Part shown: positions 1 to 8,860 of the stretch, one piece after another
How positions within the stretch are numbered: position 1 is the first letter of the stretch
Layout: the number at the start of each line of letters is the position of its first letter
NCBI GenBank assembly: GCA_050633245.1
Contig: JBOEGD010000018.1
Span: 1 to 64,000, forward strand
Source of the DNA: Calditrichia bacterium
Lineage (GTDB): Bacteria; Calditrichota; Calditrichia; RBG-13-44-9; J075
DNA length: 64,000 nt
Reading direction: 5' to 3'
Program-made: the position numbers and the translations under genes
Notes under the pieces: generated by a model
Databases searched by the model: none
The model's input: only the letters and a program-made list of their open reading frames with translations
What the model was told of the DNA's origin: nothing

Positions 1-75
1 CGGGAGATTTTGACGACTTACACTCAGATAGTATCATTATAGTTTATTCTGCGTTTATGAGAATAACTCGAAAGA

Positions 76-951
76 ATGAAGCATAATTTAAAGGATATCA
101 AAATGAATACATTTGCTATATCTCTGCTTTTTTCATGTTTTTTATCAGTTATTTACTCAAGCAATTTATTTGCCGAAGAACCTGATTCTACAAAAGCTAA
201 ACAATGGATTGAATTGCGTGGAGATGTGGCTGCCAATATTACGGGAAACGATTCTACAAATTCTGAATCTGGTAGTGGGGGGATGATATGGAATTATCTT
301 TTTGAAAAGGCACAGCTTAGAATAAGTACATTTTATAGCATTACTTCTATAGATACTATAAGGGGTGATAAGCCTAAGATTTATGGTTCATCATTGCTGA
401 ATCCATTCTTGGGTGAAGGTGCTAAAATCAAGGTTGAGTATCTAAACTTGTGGAAGTGGAATTTGTTCGCTGAACCTAAATTTGGCTTTTATTTTGACGC
501 GACTTTTAATCAATTAACATGGCAAGGGCAAAGGCAGGCTGTTGATAATGAGGGTAGTCTTATAGATGACTCCTTATTTGTTGACACTTAAGAAGGTCAA
601 AATACTATTTTTAGAGTTGGGGCGAATTTTACTCCTGTTGATGATGTAAAAGTGGGAGAAAGTAACTCGACAGCTCTACAATTTGAATTAGGATTTGTTT
701 CAAGAGTCGTTGATGGGGACTTAGGCCTTGGAAAAAATAGGCGATTTAGGAATACTCTCTTAGGAAAAGCGCCGACGAAATCTGCATGGTTTTGGGGGAT
801 TGATTTAGGAGCAAAATTAAGATTCAATCAATTATTTGCTGAAATAAGATATTCTTATTTGAATGGAAAAGTACCTGGGTTATCTGATCCGCGTGTAGTA
901 GTCAGAGCCGGATTAGATGCAAGGGTTTTACGACTGAATTTAAAGGACTAA
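76..951 (+). pseudogene. Secreted/outer-membrane beta-rich protein interrupted by one in-frame TAA (589-591)
   Basis: ORFs 76-591 and 652-951 share a frame, and 592-651 is open (EGQNTIFRVGANF...). There is an N-terminal signal peptide (…SNLFA|EE) and alternating beta-strand patterns at the C-terminus. Confidence 0.6.
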
Positions 952-1123
952 ATGTTAGTATGACGCTCTCTTTGTTCGCAGTGATGTAGTATTAGCATCT
1001 AAAAATTATAGCTATAATCGATTTTATGGATTTAGGATTAAGCAAGAAAGGAGGGGACACAAATATCTTTGCACTTTTTTAGTCTGTAGATTACTAAAAC
1101 CTGATCTTTCGGTGTTTGTGCAA

Positions 1124-1155
1124 CAGGTGCAAATATATTTGCACCTGGTTTTTTT
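1124..1155 (+). terminator. Perfect 24-bp palindrome followed by a T-tract
   Basis: CAGGTGCAAATATATTTGCACCTG then GTTTTTTT, between convergent genes. Confidence 0.55.
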
Positions 1156-1310
1156 GGTAACCTCAATAAAAACAAAATAAATCAGACACAAATATTTCTG
1201 CACTAACCCCGAAGGAGGGCTCTAAGCAGGGGGGATTATGCAGTTTTTCTTAATGAGAGGAAATGTTAACGAGGATAAAGAGGGGAAATGACGAATTTAG
1301 ACTATGTATA

Positions 1311-2801
1311 CTACAGCACCCAAGTCTCACCAATCACCTCATCCAGTGTGGTCTCACCGGATATTACGTGTTCATATCCGGCCTGCTGAAGCGGCCGAAA
1401 TCCTTTCTTCCATGCAGCTTCAGTTAGCTGTTGAACTGAGACGCGACGTGTGATAAAATCTGCCAGCTCCGCATCGATTACCAGAGACTCTAATATGGCC
1501 ATTCGCCCGGAGTAGCCACTTTGGTGACATCGATTGCAGCCAGCTCCGCGAAAGTGCTTCGCTTTTTTTACTTCTGATGGTAAAGAATAACTGGTGTATC
1601 GCTCGAGTACCGTCGGATCTTCCACTTGGCAAGATTTACAAATTCGCCTTACCAGTCGCTGAGCGAGTATCATTCGAAGGGAATTAGCAACCAGAAACGG
1701 TTTTGTGCCCATGTCCATTAACCTGGCAATTGTGCTGATGGCATCGTTGGTATGCAGCGTACTTAACACCATATGACCGGTAAGCGCCGAGCGAATGGCA
1801 ATCTCTGCAGTCTCTCCGTCACGGATTTCACCAAGCATGATGATGTCTGGATCCTGTCTCAGTACCGTACGTAATATGGAGGCAAATGTGAGTCCGATAT
1901 CTGCTCGAACCATTGTTTGATTTATGCCTTCAAGGTTGTATTCGATCGGATCTTCAATGGTAACAATGTTCACGTCAGATTGATTCAAATAATTCAGCCC
2001 GGCATATAGCGTAGTGGTTTTACCACTACCGGTAGGGCCGGTAACCAGCACCATGCCGTTGGGCATGCGCAACACTTTCTTAAGGTCGGCCAGAACGGTT
2101 GCTTCCATATTCAGTGAATCCAGCGACAGATTGAGAGCTGACTTGTCCAGAATACGCAAAACGACCTTCTCACCGAAGTCCGTTGGCAGTGTAGAAACGC
2201 GCATATCGACCGTACGATTATTACTAGACATTCGGATACGACCATCCTGCGGGCGTCGTTTCTCGGCAATATCCAGTTCCGCCATTATTTTTAATCGTGA
2301 TACTACCGCTTGCGGGCGGAGTGCAGGTTGGTCATATTCGGTCAGCTTGCCATCAATTCGCATGCGAATGCGGAAGGATTGATCTTCGCATTCGACGTGT
2401 ATATCACTGGCGCGCATACGAATGGCGTCGCTGATACAACGATTGACGTATTCAATCACGCCGCCATCCCCAGAGGTAACATGCTCTTCATTGCGCTGCT
2501 TTTCTTTTACTGCAAACTTTTGTGCAGGTGCATCAGCCGATTTGGCTTCCACCCCATAAACCATGGCAATAGTCTCAAGTATCTGTTCTTCAGGCCAAAT
2601 CTCATGGTCGATGTGACAGTCGAACAAAAAGGTAAGCTCTTCAAGCTGTGTGGTCTGAAGAGCTTGAGTGGTTGCCAGACAAACAGAGTTAGCATCGGCG
2701 CGAATAGGCAATAGTAGATATTGTAATGCATACTCGTGCGGTATCTTACGAGAAAGCTTTTTTATTATTTCTTCATTTGACGGCTGTGGGGGGCTGTTCA
2801 T
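1311..2801 (-). CDS. gspE: GspE/PilB-family secretion ATPase
   Basis: ASDIH, RRPQDGR, Walker A GPTGSGKT, TIEDPIEY, LRQDPD, Walker B GEIRD, His box STLHTND, CxxC..CxxC. Start moved to MNSPP. Confidence 0.93.
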   Translation of the reverse strand: MNSPPQPSNEEIIKKLSRKIPHEYALQYLLLPIRADANSVCLATTQALQTTQLEELTFLFDCHIDHEIWPEEQILETIAMVYGVEAKSADAPAQKFAVKEKQRNEEHVTSGDGGVIEYVNRCISDAIRMRASDIHVECEDQSFRIRMRIDGKLTEYDQPALRPQAVVSRLKIMAELDIAEKRRPQDGRIRMSSNNRTVDMRVSTLPTDFGEKVVLRILDKSALNLSLDSLNMEATVLADLKKVLRMPNGMVLVTGPTGSGKTTTLYAGLNYLNQSDVNIVTIEDPIEYNLEGINQTMVRADIGLTFASILRTVLRQDPDIIMLGEIRDGETAEIAIRSALTGHMVLSTLHTNDAISTIARLMDMGTKPFLVANSLRMILAQRLVRRICKSCQVEDPTVLERYTSYSLPSEVKKAKHFRGAGCNRCHQSGYSGRMAILESLVIDAELADFITRRVSVQQLTEAAWKKGFRPLQQAGYEHVISGETTLDEVIGETWVL

Positions 2802-3459
2802 CAGGCATCCTTTCCGGAGTAGACAGACTATCATCAGGAATTGAAACTTCCGACTTGGAAATCTTGATGGTCAGACCTGACAGTAGCTTATCTATGCCTT
2901 TTTGCATCACCTGCTTTATGTCTGATGCCGCCTTAATATCATGCTCACGCAAAAGCAGTAATTTTCCACTTGCTACCTCAAGAAAGCGAACGGTGATGCG
3001 CAAGCGATGCTGAAGCTTGTCTAAATCTTTAAAGCTTGAGCTGTTGTCCAGGATGCCCAGAACCAAAATTTTTGCCTGAAGCGTATCAGCCAAGTAAGTG
3101 GCTGCTTCCAGTGATAAAAAGTAGCTATTGCTAATTTCTTGCTGTTTCATTGCATCATTCACAAAGCTGCGATCTACAACTGGTAAGTGTTTGCTGTTTA
3201 TTAAGCCAGCTGTTAATCGGTCTGCTGCAATATGCCCTAGAGCTGCACTCAGACCATCACCACGCACCACAAAGGGTAATACAGCGAGTCTATCGGTTTC
3301 TTGTAGTTCCACTTCGGGAGAAGATTTAAAAGCACCACAACTAGTCAGAAACAGGCAGAGGAGGAGACAAGAGTAAACGGTGAACTGTGAACAGGGGGCA
3401 GACCTCCGTAGGCTGAGCATAGCCATAGCCGAAACAATGGAAAATAAGTAATTGATCAT
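2773..3459 (-). CDS. Lipoprotein with CsgG/FlgO-like alpha/beta domain (possible pilotin or accessory)
   Basis: Lipobox LTS|C, 'RLAVLPF', 'VVDRS', 'VRFLEVASGKLL'. Lies inside the secretion operon. Confidence 0.6.
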   Translation of the reverse strand: MINYLFSIVSAMAMLSLRRSAPCSQFTVYSCLLLCLFLTSCGAFKSSPEVELQETDRLAVLPFVVRGDGLSAALGHIAADRLTAGLINSKHLPVVDRSFVNDAMKQQEISNSYFLSLEAATYLADTLQAKILVLGILDNSSSFKDLDKLQHRLRITVRFLEVASGKLLLLREHDIKAASDIKQVMQKGIDKLLSGLTIKISKSEVSIPDDSLSTPERMPDEQPPTAVK

Positions 3460-3480
3460 GATTTTTTCCTTTGGATAGAA

Positions 3481-3903
3481 TTAATCCGGAATTACCTGAC
3501 GAATATTGCCGGACTGATCAACTTCCCATGAGTTAAATGTGCCGTCCTTGTCAAAATCTACCACAGCAATTGCTTTCGCTAGAAAATGCCCGGCATCGGC
3601 TTTAGTGATCTCAATGCGGTAGCGCGCATCACCACCTTCGGTAACCAGGCTTTCCTGAGCAAATCCAACCGCCGCAAGCTCCTGCCCATAGCGATCATTC
3701 TCGTAATAATATGATTGCTGCAAGGTATGCAAATGCTTCAACATCATTTTGGCTTCTGTAGTCTTGGCTTTTGAAATCACTGAAGTAAATTTGGGTATAG
3801 CCAGCAGCACCAGTATCCCGATAATCACTATGACTACCAAAATCTCCGGAAGTGAAAAGCCTTCTTCTTCTCCGAGGCGTCTGTTCAGACTTTTGCGCTT
3901 CAT
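3481..3903 (-). CDS. Major type IV pilin/pseudopilin
   Basis: Class III signal G|FSLPEILVVIVIIGILVLLAIP with E5. SD AAGGGAG upstream of ATG 3903. Confidence 0.9.
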   Translation of the reverse strand: MKRKSLNRRLGEEEGFSLPEILVVIVIIGILVLLAIPKFTSVISKAKTTEAKMMLKHLHTLQQSYYYENDRYGQELAAVGFAQESLVTEGGDARYRIEITKADAGHFLAKAIAVVDFDKDGTFNSWEVDQSGNIRQVIPD

Positions 3904-3934
3904 TTTTGTCTCCCTTATTTGTTGAAGTTCAAGC

Positions 3935-4005
3935 AAGTGAAAAGTGAAAAGTGAAATGGGCCATTTAGCTCTGCCGTCAGTTAATTGCCGTCAGTTAATT
4001 GCCGT
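3935..4005. repeat. Short tandem repeats: (AAGTGAA)x3 and (TGCCGTCAGTTAAT)x2.4
   Basis: Read directly at 3935-3955 and 3972-4005. Confidence 0.8.
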
Positions 4006-4160
4006 TTTTTATTACCGCCTGTTTTCGGGCACTTCGTTTATTGGGCGTCCCGATTCTCGGGATTGATTGGGCGCTCGCCAGGCTCGCTTATGGGCAGACA
4101 CGTTGTTTTTTCTGTGTTTTGTGTTCTGTTTCACCCGCTCGCCTCATCTCCCGCTCGTAA

Positions 4161-5258
4161 TCAGCCTGGCATAATCGTAGACATATTGAACAATGGGAGG
4201 TAAATAGAGATTAGGATAACGCCAATGATGATACCCAGAACAACAATCATTACTGGTTCAATAATCGATCCCAATAGCTCCACAGCAGCATCGAGATCCT
4301 CATCGTAAGAGTCCGCTACTTGCAAGAGCATCGCCGGTAGTTCTGCCGTTTCTTCACCTACTCCGATAATGCGTGCCAGGCTGATCGGGAATATCTCAGA
4401 ATTGTCCAGTGAAGCAGCGATTGAGCCACCCCGACCTGCCAGGCGACGAATCTTTTGCAGTTCACTTCGCATCACGCTATTTGTTAGCGTGCGTTCGGCT
4501 ACGTCCAAGGCCGGCAGAAACGCGACACCACTTTCAAGCAGCGTGCCCATTGTTCTACAGAATTGTGCCAGCAAATTCTTACGAATGGTATTTCCGATGA
4601 GTGGGGCAGCAAGCATCCACTTATCGAGCCTATCCCGAAAAGCCTTTTGCTTTAGAGCCCAATGCATGAGAAAGAGAAGCATTAGCAGGCTAACAGCCAT
4701 TATTAGGCCATGTGTATTTACAAATTGGCTAATAGTCATTAGTGTTCGGGTAAGCCAGGGAAGTTTAGCGTCAAATTCTCGGAAAAGCCCGGCAAATGTT
4801 GGTAATACAAACATTACAATAAAGGTTAGGGCTGAGAAGGCGACGCCAATTACAAGGAGGGGATAGGTCATCGACTGAACAAATTTGCGCTTTAAATTTG
4901 CCATCTTCTGTTGATAAGCTGCAACCCGAGTGAGCATCTGGGGGAGCGTGCCGGTTAACTCACCAACTTCTACCAAACTGCAGAGGAAGGTGTCAAAGGT
5001 TTTAGGATAGGCTCGTAATCCTTCCGCAAGGCTGGCACCCGACTGCACTTTTTTAGCTACGCCTCTTAATATCTCGCGCAGTGCCTTGTTACCTGCCTGT
5101 TCTTGCAGCATCTCTAAACTTTCTGTTAACTGGAGTCGTGCTTTCAATAACACTGATAGTTCACGCGTAAATTCTCTGGTTGCACGCCCGGAAACTGGCC
5201 TTGTTTTGCGAGAAGGCTTTCCGTGAGAGGTTCTTTCCAATATTAGTGTTTCTGTCAT
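4161..5258 (-). CDS. gspF: GspF/PilC inner-membrane platform protein
   Basis: FTRELSVLLKA, GELTGTL, MTYP, FCRTMGTLLESGV, GEETAEL, IEP...IYLPLF. Start moved to MTETL. Confidence 0.92.
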   Translation of the reverse strand: MTETLILERTSHGKPSRKTRPVSGRATREFTRELSVLLKARLQLTESLEMLQEQAGNKALREILRGVAKKVQSGASLAEGLRAYPKTFDTFLCSLVEVGELTGTLPQMLTRVAAYQQKMANLKRKFVQSMTYPLLVIGVAFSALTFIVMFVLPTFAGLFREFDAKLPWLTRTLMTISQFVNTHGLIMAVSLLMLLFLMHWALKQKAFRDRLDKWMLAAPLIGNTIRKNLLAQFCRTMGTLLESGVAFLPALDVAERTLTNSVMRSELQKIRRLAGRGGSIAASLDNSEIFPISLARIIGVGEETAELPAMLLQVADSYDEDLDAAVELLGSIIEPVMIVVLGIIIGVILISIYLPLFNMSTIMPG

Positions 5259-5396
5259 AACGCAAACCCTGTTTTCTGTATTTACTTCAGGCAAATAATA
5301 AATTTTATCTGCTTCGCCTATTCTATATGCGGAATTAACTGAGCTGTGTGCGCTTGTTTGAAATTCGACTTTAAAAGGTAAATCGTATTTTTCTGT

Positions 5397-5443
5397 ATAG
5401 GGTGAGGGCGGCTTTCCAAGCTGGCTTTCCGCCCTCACCCTAT
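5397..5443 (-). terminator. Strong stem-loop downstream of the beta-helix triplet
   Basis: 15-bp perfect inverted repeat ATAGGGTGAGGGCGG/CCGCCCTCACCCTAT. No U-tract follows it on the minus strand, so it may be an mRNA-stabilising hairpin instead. Confidence 0.5.
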
Positions 5444-5458
5444 TAAAAAATCTGAACC

Positions 5459-7021
5459 CTAAAGTCGAACATTTAAGCTGTCAATTAATGTATCAGGAAC
5501 AACGAACACCGGGCTTAAATCCAGTTTAACAGCATCAAGTATCGTTGTATGTACCCTTAATAAGGTGTCTACACCTGCTGGATTGGTCTCATAATAGACA
5601 TTCTCTACATCGAAGTAGGTATTGTTGCTTATCAGAAGTCTACCATTATTCTGAGCATAGTCAGATATTGCAGTAGCATCAATATTGGTAATTACGTTAT
5701 CGGTAATCAGCGGATTCGGACTGTCGTATTGAATCAAAATCCCATCTTTCCAACCACTAATCACATTATCCTTAATAATATTTGAATTACCTCTATCAGA
5801 TGCCTCAGCAACAATATCGTCAGTAACAAGGATGGCAATGGTCGCAGGAAGCCCGGGGAGTTCGTCGTTTCGTCCAAATAGCACGTTGTTTGTAACAACA
5901 TTATTTGAGCTATTGATCCGAATTGCAATTTGCCCTTGCTTTGCCAGATAGCCTGTCGTGTCCTGTGCCTCATAGCGGTTTCCATCGATAACGTTTAACT
6001 CACCATCGATATTAAAACCAACAGGTGAACCGGCAACAACTCGCCCGGAACCTCGCGCAATATTGTTACGATATTCTACGCTTCCGACACCTGGCCAATT
6101 CGGAATTTCTTTAAGCACCGCATCTATTAAGGTAATGTTCTTATAGCTATCCTTTCCTGCATCTACAGATAGATTCCCTGCGATAAGCCCATTAAACCCC
6201 AAGGAATAATAATCTGAATCATACGAGTTACGAGATGTGTTGTTGATAATAGTGAAATTTACAATTGCTGGAAGTAAGTAGAAGCCATTACCATAGATTG
6301 TGTCATCTACTGCACCGTTGTAGTCACAACCTTCTATACGGATTCTGTCTATGAGTCCCGCAGAGGTGATCGCTTTATTCCCTAAATTTTCAGCTGGTCC
6401 GCGTTTCGGAACTTTTGGCCAGGTGCAATACAAAATTTCCACGTCTCTTGCAACCGTATCCGCCACATGTTCATAGTCGCCCCCGTGACGTTGTTCACCT
6501 CCGAAACCAATCCACCAGGAATCATAAAAATTCACGTGAGAGATGGTAACTCGGTCATTTTCACCGAATGTATCTCCTCCTTCAAAGTAGAGTGGGACGA
6601 CAGCGTTTCTATAGCCGTTTAAGGTTGTATCCGGTCCACCGGGACCATGCGTTATTTTTTGTCCACTTCCCATCTGACAATCAATGTTGAAGTTTCTTAG
6701 CTCAATATCTGCACAGTTGCGGAACTTCATTAGGTGATTATTCCAATTTGTTTTAATGGAATCTCGAAATGCCAACACACCGGGCCCGTGAATTCTAACG
6801 CCATTCGTGTTGTTTATATTGATACTATCGATAAAAACCGTGTCTGCCGGAAGCTGGATTACACGTCCATTTGCAATGGAAATTACATATTTCAGGACAA
6901 CTCCATTTGTGTCAGCTTTTGTGGAGTCATTCGTTATTACACCATAATCTGTTAGATATAGCGGTTGGCCCAATGCCAGGCCGCCGCTAAGTAACAGTAT
7001 GAATAGAACAATAAGCTTCAT
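5459..7021 (-). CDS. Secreted right-handed parallel beta-helix protein, paralog 1
   Basis: Signal peptide (ALG|QP), pectate-lyase-3-like N-terminus (LTDYG…), Asn/Ile-rich repeats (IxNN, IxDN), C-terminus DSLNVRL. Confidence 0.8.
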   Translation of the reverse strand: MKLIVLFILLLSGGLALGQPLYLTDYGVITNDSTKADTNGVVLKYVISIANGRVIQLPADTVFIDSININNTNGVRIHGPGVLAFRDSIKTNWNNHLMKFRNCADIELRNFNIDCQMGSGQKITHGPGGPDTTLNGYRNAVVPLYFEGGDTFGENDRVTISHVNFYDSWWIGFGGEQRHGGDYEHVADTVARDVEILYCTWPKVPKRGPAENLGNKAITSAGLIDRIRIEGCDYNGAVDDTIYGNGFYLLPAIVNFTIINNTSRNSYDSDYYSLGFNGLIAGNLSVDAGKDSYKNITLIDAVLKEIPNWPGVGSVEYRNNIARGSGRVVAGSPVGFNIDGELNVIDGNRYEAQDTTGYLAKQGQIAIRINSSNNVVTNNVLFGRNDELPGLPATIAILVTDDIVAEASDRGNSNIIKDNVISGWKDGILIQYDSPNPLITDNVITNIDATAISDYAQNNGRLLISNNTYFDVENVYYETNPAGVDTLLRVHTTILDAVKLDLSPVFVVPDTLIDSLNVRL

Positions 7022-7116
7022 ACTAACACCTCATTTGTGATGAACAGCCTGCGTACATCAGCCCGTACAAAGGCCGCTCCATACCTCTGACGATATATGC
7101 ATCCATGCAATATTTG
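7022..7116 (-). promoter_or_regulatory. Conserved leader, copy 1 (TGCAT-GG-ATGCA motif plus hairpin before the RBS)
   Basis: Motif at 7095-7116 recurs at 8771-8792 and 10413-10434. Hairpin at 7042-7080. Confidence 0.6.
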
Positions 7117-7187
7117 ATTCTTCAATACCCTAAGATGTGGGCAGAGCACTAAATTGGCATTCTGTCCTTACTATTAAAGAGGTAACC

Positions 7188-8696
7188 CTAAAGTCGAATA
7201 TTTAGGCTATCAATTAGAGTATCATTAACTCCCGGTGCGGCCCCATCTCGGCGAATTGCATCCAAAATGGTTTCATGTGTTCGTAATAATGTGTCCACTC
7301 CGCTTATGCGATACGCATCGCGAACATTAAAAAAAGAATTATAGCTGGAAACCAGCCTGCCATTATTTTGTCCATAGTCCCAAACGGCAACTGAGTCAAT
7401 ATTGCTAAATGAATTGTTCGTAATTAATGGGGTGCGGCTATCATACTGTATCAATACTCCTTCTCGCCAGCCATCGATAACATTATCCTTTATAATATTG
7501 GATTCTTCTAGTGTGTCAGTAACAGGATTGTGACTAACAAGGATAGCAATGGTTGCAGGAAATCCCGGGAGTTCGTCGTTTCGTCCAAATAGCACGTTGT
7601 TTGTAACAATATTGTTTGGGCTATTGAGCCGAATTGCAATTTGCCCTTGCTTTGCCAGATAGCCTGTCGTGTCCTGTGCCTCATAGCGGTTTCCATCGAT
7701 AACGTTTAATTCACCATCGATATTAAAACCAACAGGTGAACCGGCAACAACTCGCCCGGAACCTCGCGCAATATTGTTACGATATTCTACGCTTCCGACG
7801 CCTGGCCAATTCGGAATTTCTTTAAGCACCGCATCTATTAAGGTAATGTTCTTATAGCTATCCTTTCCTGCATCTACAGATAGATTCCCTGCGATAAGCC
7901 CATTAAACCCCAAGGAATAATAATCTGAATCATACGAGTTACGAGATGTGTTGTTGATAATAGTGAAATCTACAATTGCTGGAAGTAAGTAGAAGCCATT
8001 ACCATAGGTTGTGCCATCTACTGCGCCGTTGTAGTCACAACCTTCTATACGGATTCGATCTATGAGTCCCAGTGAGCTGATGGCTTTATTCCCTAACTTA
8101 TCAGCTGGACCGCGCTTCGAAATTCTTGGCCAGGTGCAACGTAAAATTTCCACGTCTCTTGCAATAGTATCTGCCACGTGTTCGTACGTACCTCCCGATT
8201 TCTGTTCACCTCCAAAGCTCGTAGTCCAACTGTCATAAAAGTTTATTCCTTCTATCCGAATCCTCTCGTTTATACCGAATGCACCTCCTGCTTCAAAGTA
8301 AAAAGGAAGAACAGCATTCTTATACCCATCGTTGCTATCTCTCCCTGATTTGCAATCTACATTGAAGTTTATTAAATTAATATCTGTGCAGTTGCGAAAT
8401 TTAATTAGGTGATTTGTGTTCTTTTTTTTATTGATACTATGATATGCGAGAACTCCCGGGCCGTGAATTCTGATTTTGCTTGTATTCTTTATATTTATAC
8501 TGTCTATAAAAACCGTATCTGCCGGCAGCTGGATAACCCGGCCGTTTGCAATAGAAATAACGTATTTTAGAGAATCCCCATTTGCTACAGATTTAGTTGT
8601 ATCGTTGGTTATAATACCATAATCTGTTAGATATAGCGGTTGACCCAATGCCAGGCCCCCGCTAAATAACAGTATGAATAAAACAATAAGCTTCAT
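7188..8696 (-). CDS. Secreted beta-helix protein, paralog 2
   Basis: Paralog of 5459-7021. True start MKLIVLF at 8696 with SD GAGGTG. C-terminus DSLNIRL. Confidence 0.8.
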   Translation of the reverse strand: MKLIVLFILLFSGGLALGQPLYLTDYGIITNDTTKSVANGDSLKYVISIANGRVIQLPADTVFIDSINIKNTSKIRIHGPGVLAYHSINKKKNTNHLIKFRNCTDINLINFNVDCKSGRDSNDGYKNAVLPFYFEAGGAFGINERIRIEGINFYDSWTTSFGGEQKSGGTYEHVADTIARDVEILRCTWPRISKRGPADKLGNKAISSLGLIDRIRIEGCDYNGAVDGTTYGNGFYLLPAIVDFTIINNTSRNSYDSDYYSLGFNGLIAGNLSVDAGKDSYKNITLIDAVLKEIPNWPGVGSVEYRNNIARGSGRVVAGSPVGFNIDGELNVIDGNRYEAQDTTGYLAKQGQIAIRLNSPNNIVTNNVLFGRNDELPGFPATIAILVSHNPVTDTLEESNIIKDNVIDGWREGVLIQYDSRTPLITNNSFSNIDSVAVWDYGQNNGRLVSSYNSFFNVRDAYRISGVDTLLRTHETILDAIRRDGAAPGVNDTLIDSLNIRL

Positions 8697-8792
8697 AATA
8701 ACACCTCGTTTGTGGTGGACAACCGGTGCACATAAGTTCGTACAAAGGCCGCTCCGATACTTCTGGTGATATGTGCATCCATGCAATATTTG
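8697..8792 (-). promoter_or_regulatory. Conserved leader, copy 2
   Basis: CAAATATTGCATGGATGCACAT plus hairpin at 8717-8755. Confidence 0.6.
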
Positions 8793-8860
8793 GTTCTTCA
8801 ATTCTTTGAAGGTTTGCGGAATACTGAATAGCATTCCGCTTCTATTGTTGGGGCTTAAGC

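Noticed and set aside
5259-5438. N-terminal extension of GspF in the ORF track
   Set aside because: It runs through a stem-loop and AT-rich spacer, so the downstream ATG is more plausible.
8697-8834. 46-aa N-terminal extension of beta-helix paralog 2, or a leader peptide
   Set aside because: The homologous leader of copy 1 has an indel and stops, and the signal peptide and SD point to ATG 8696.
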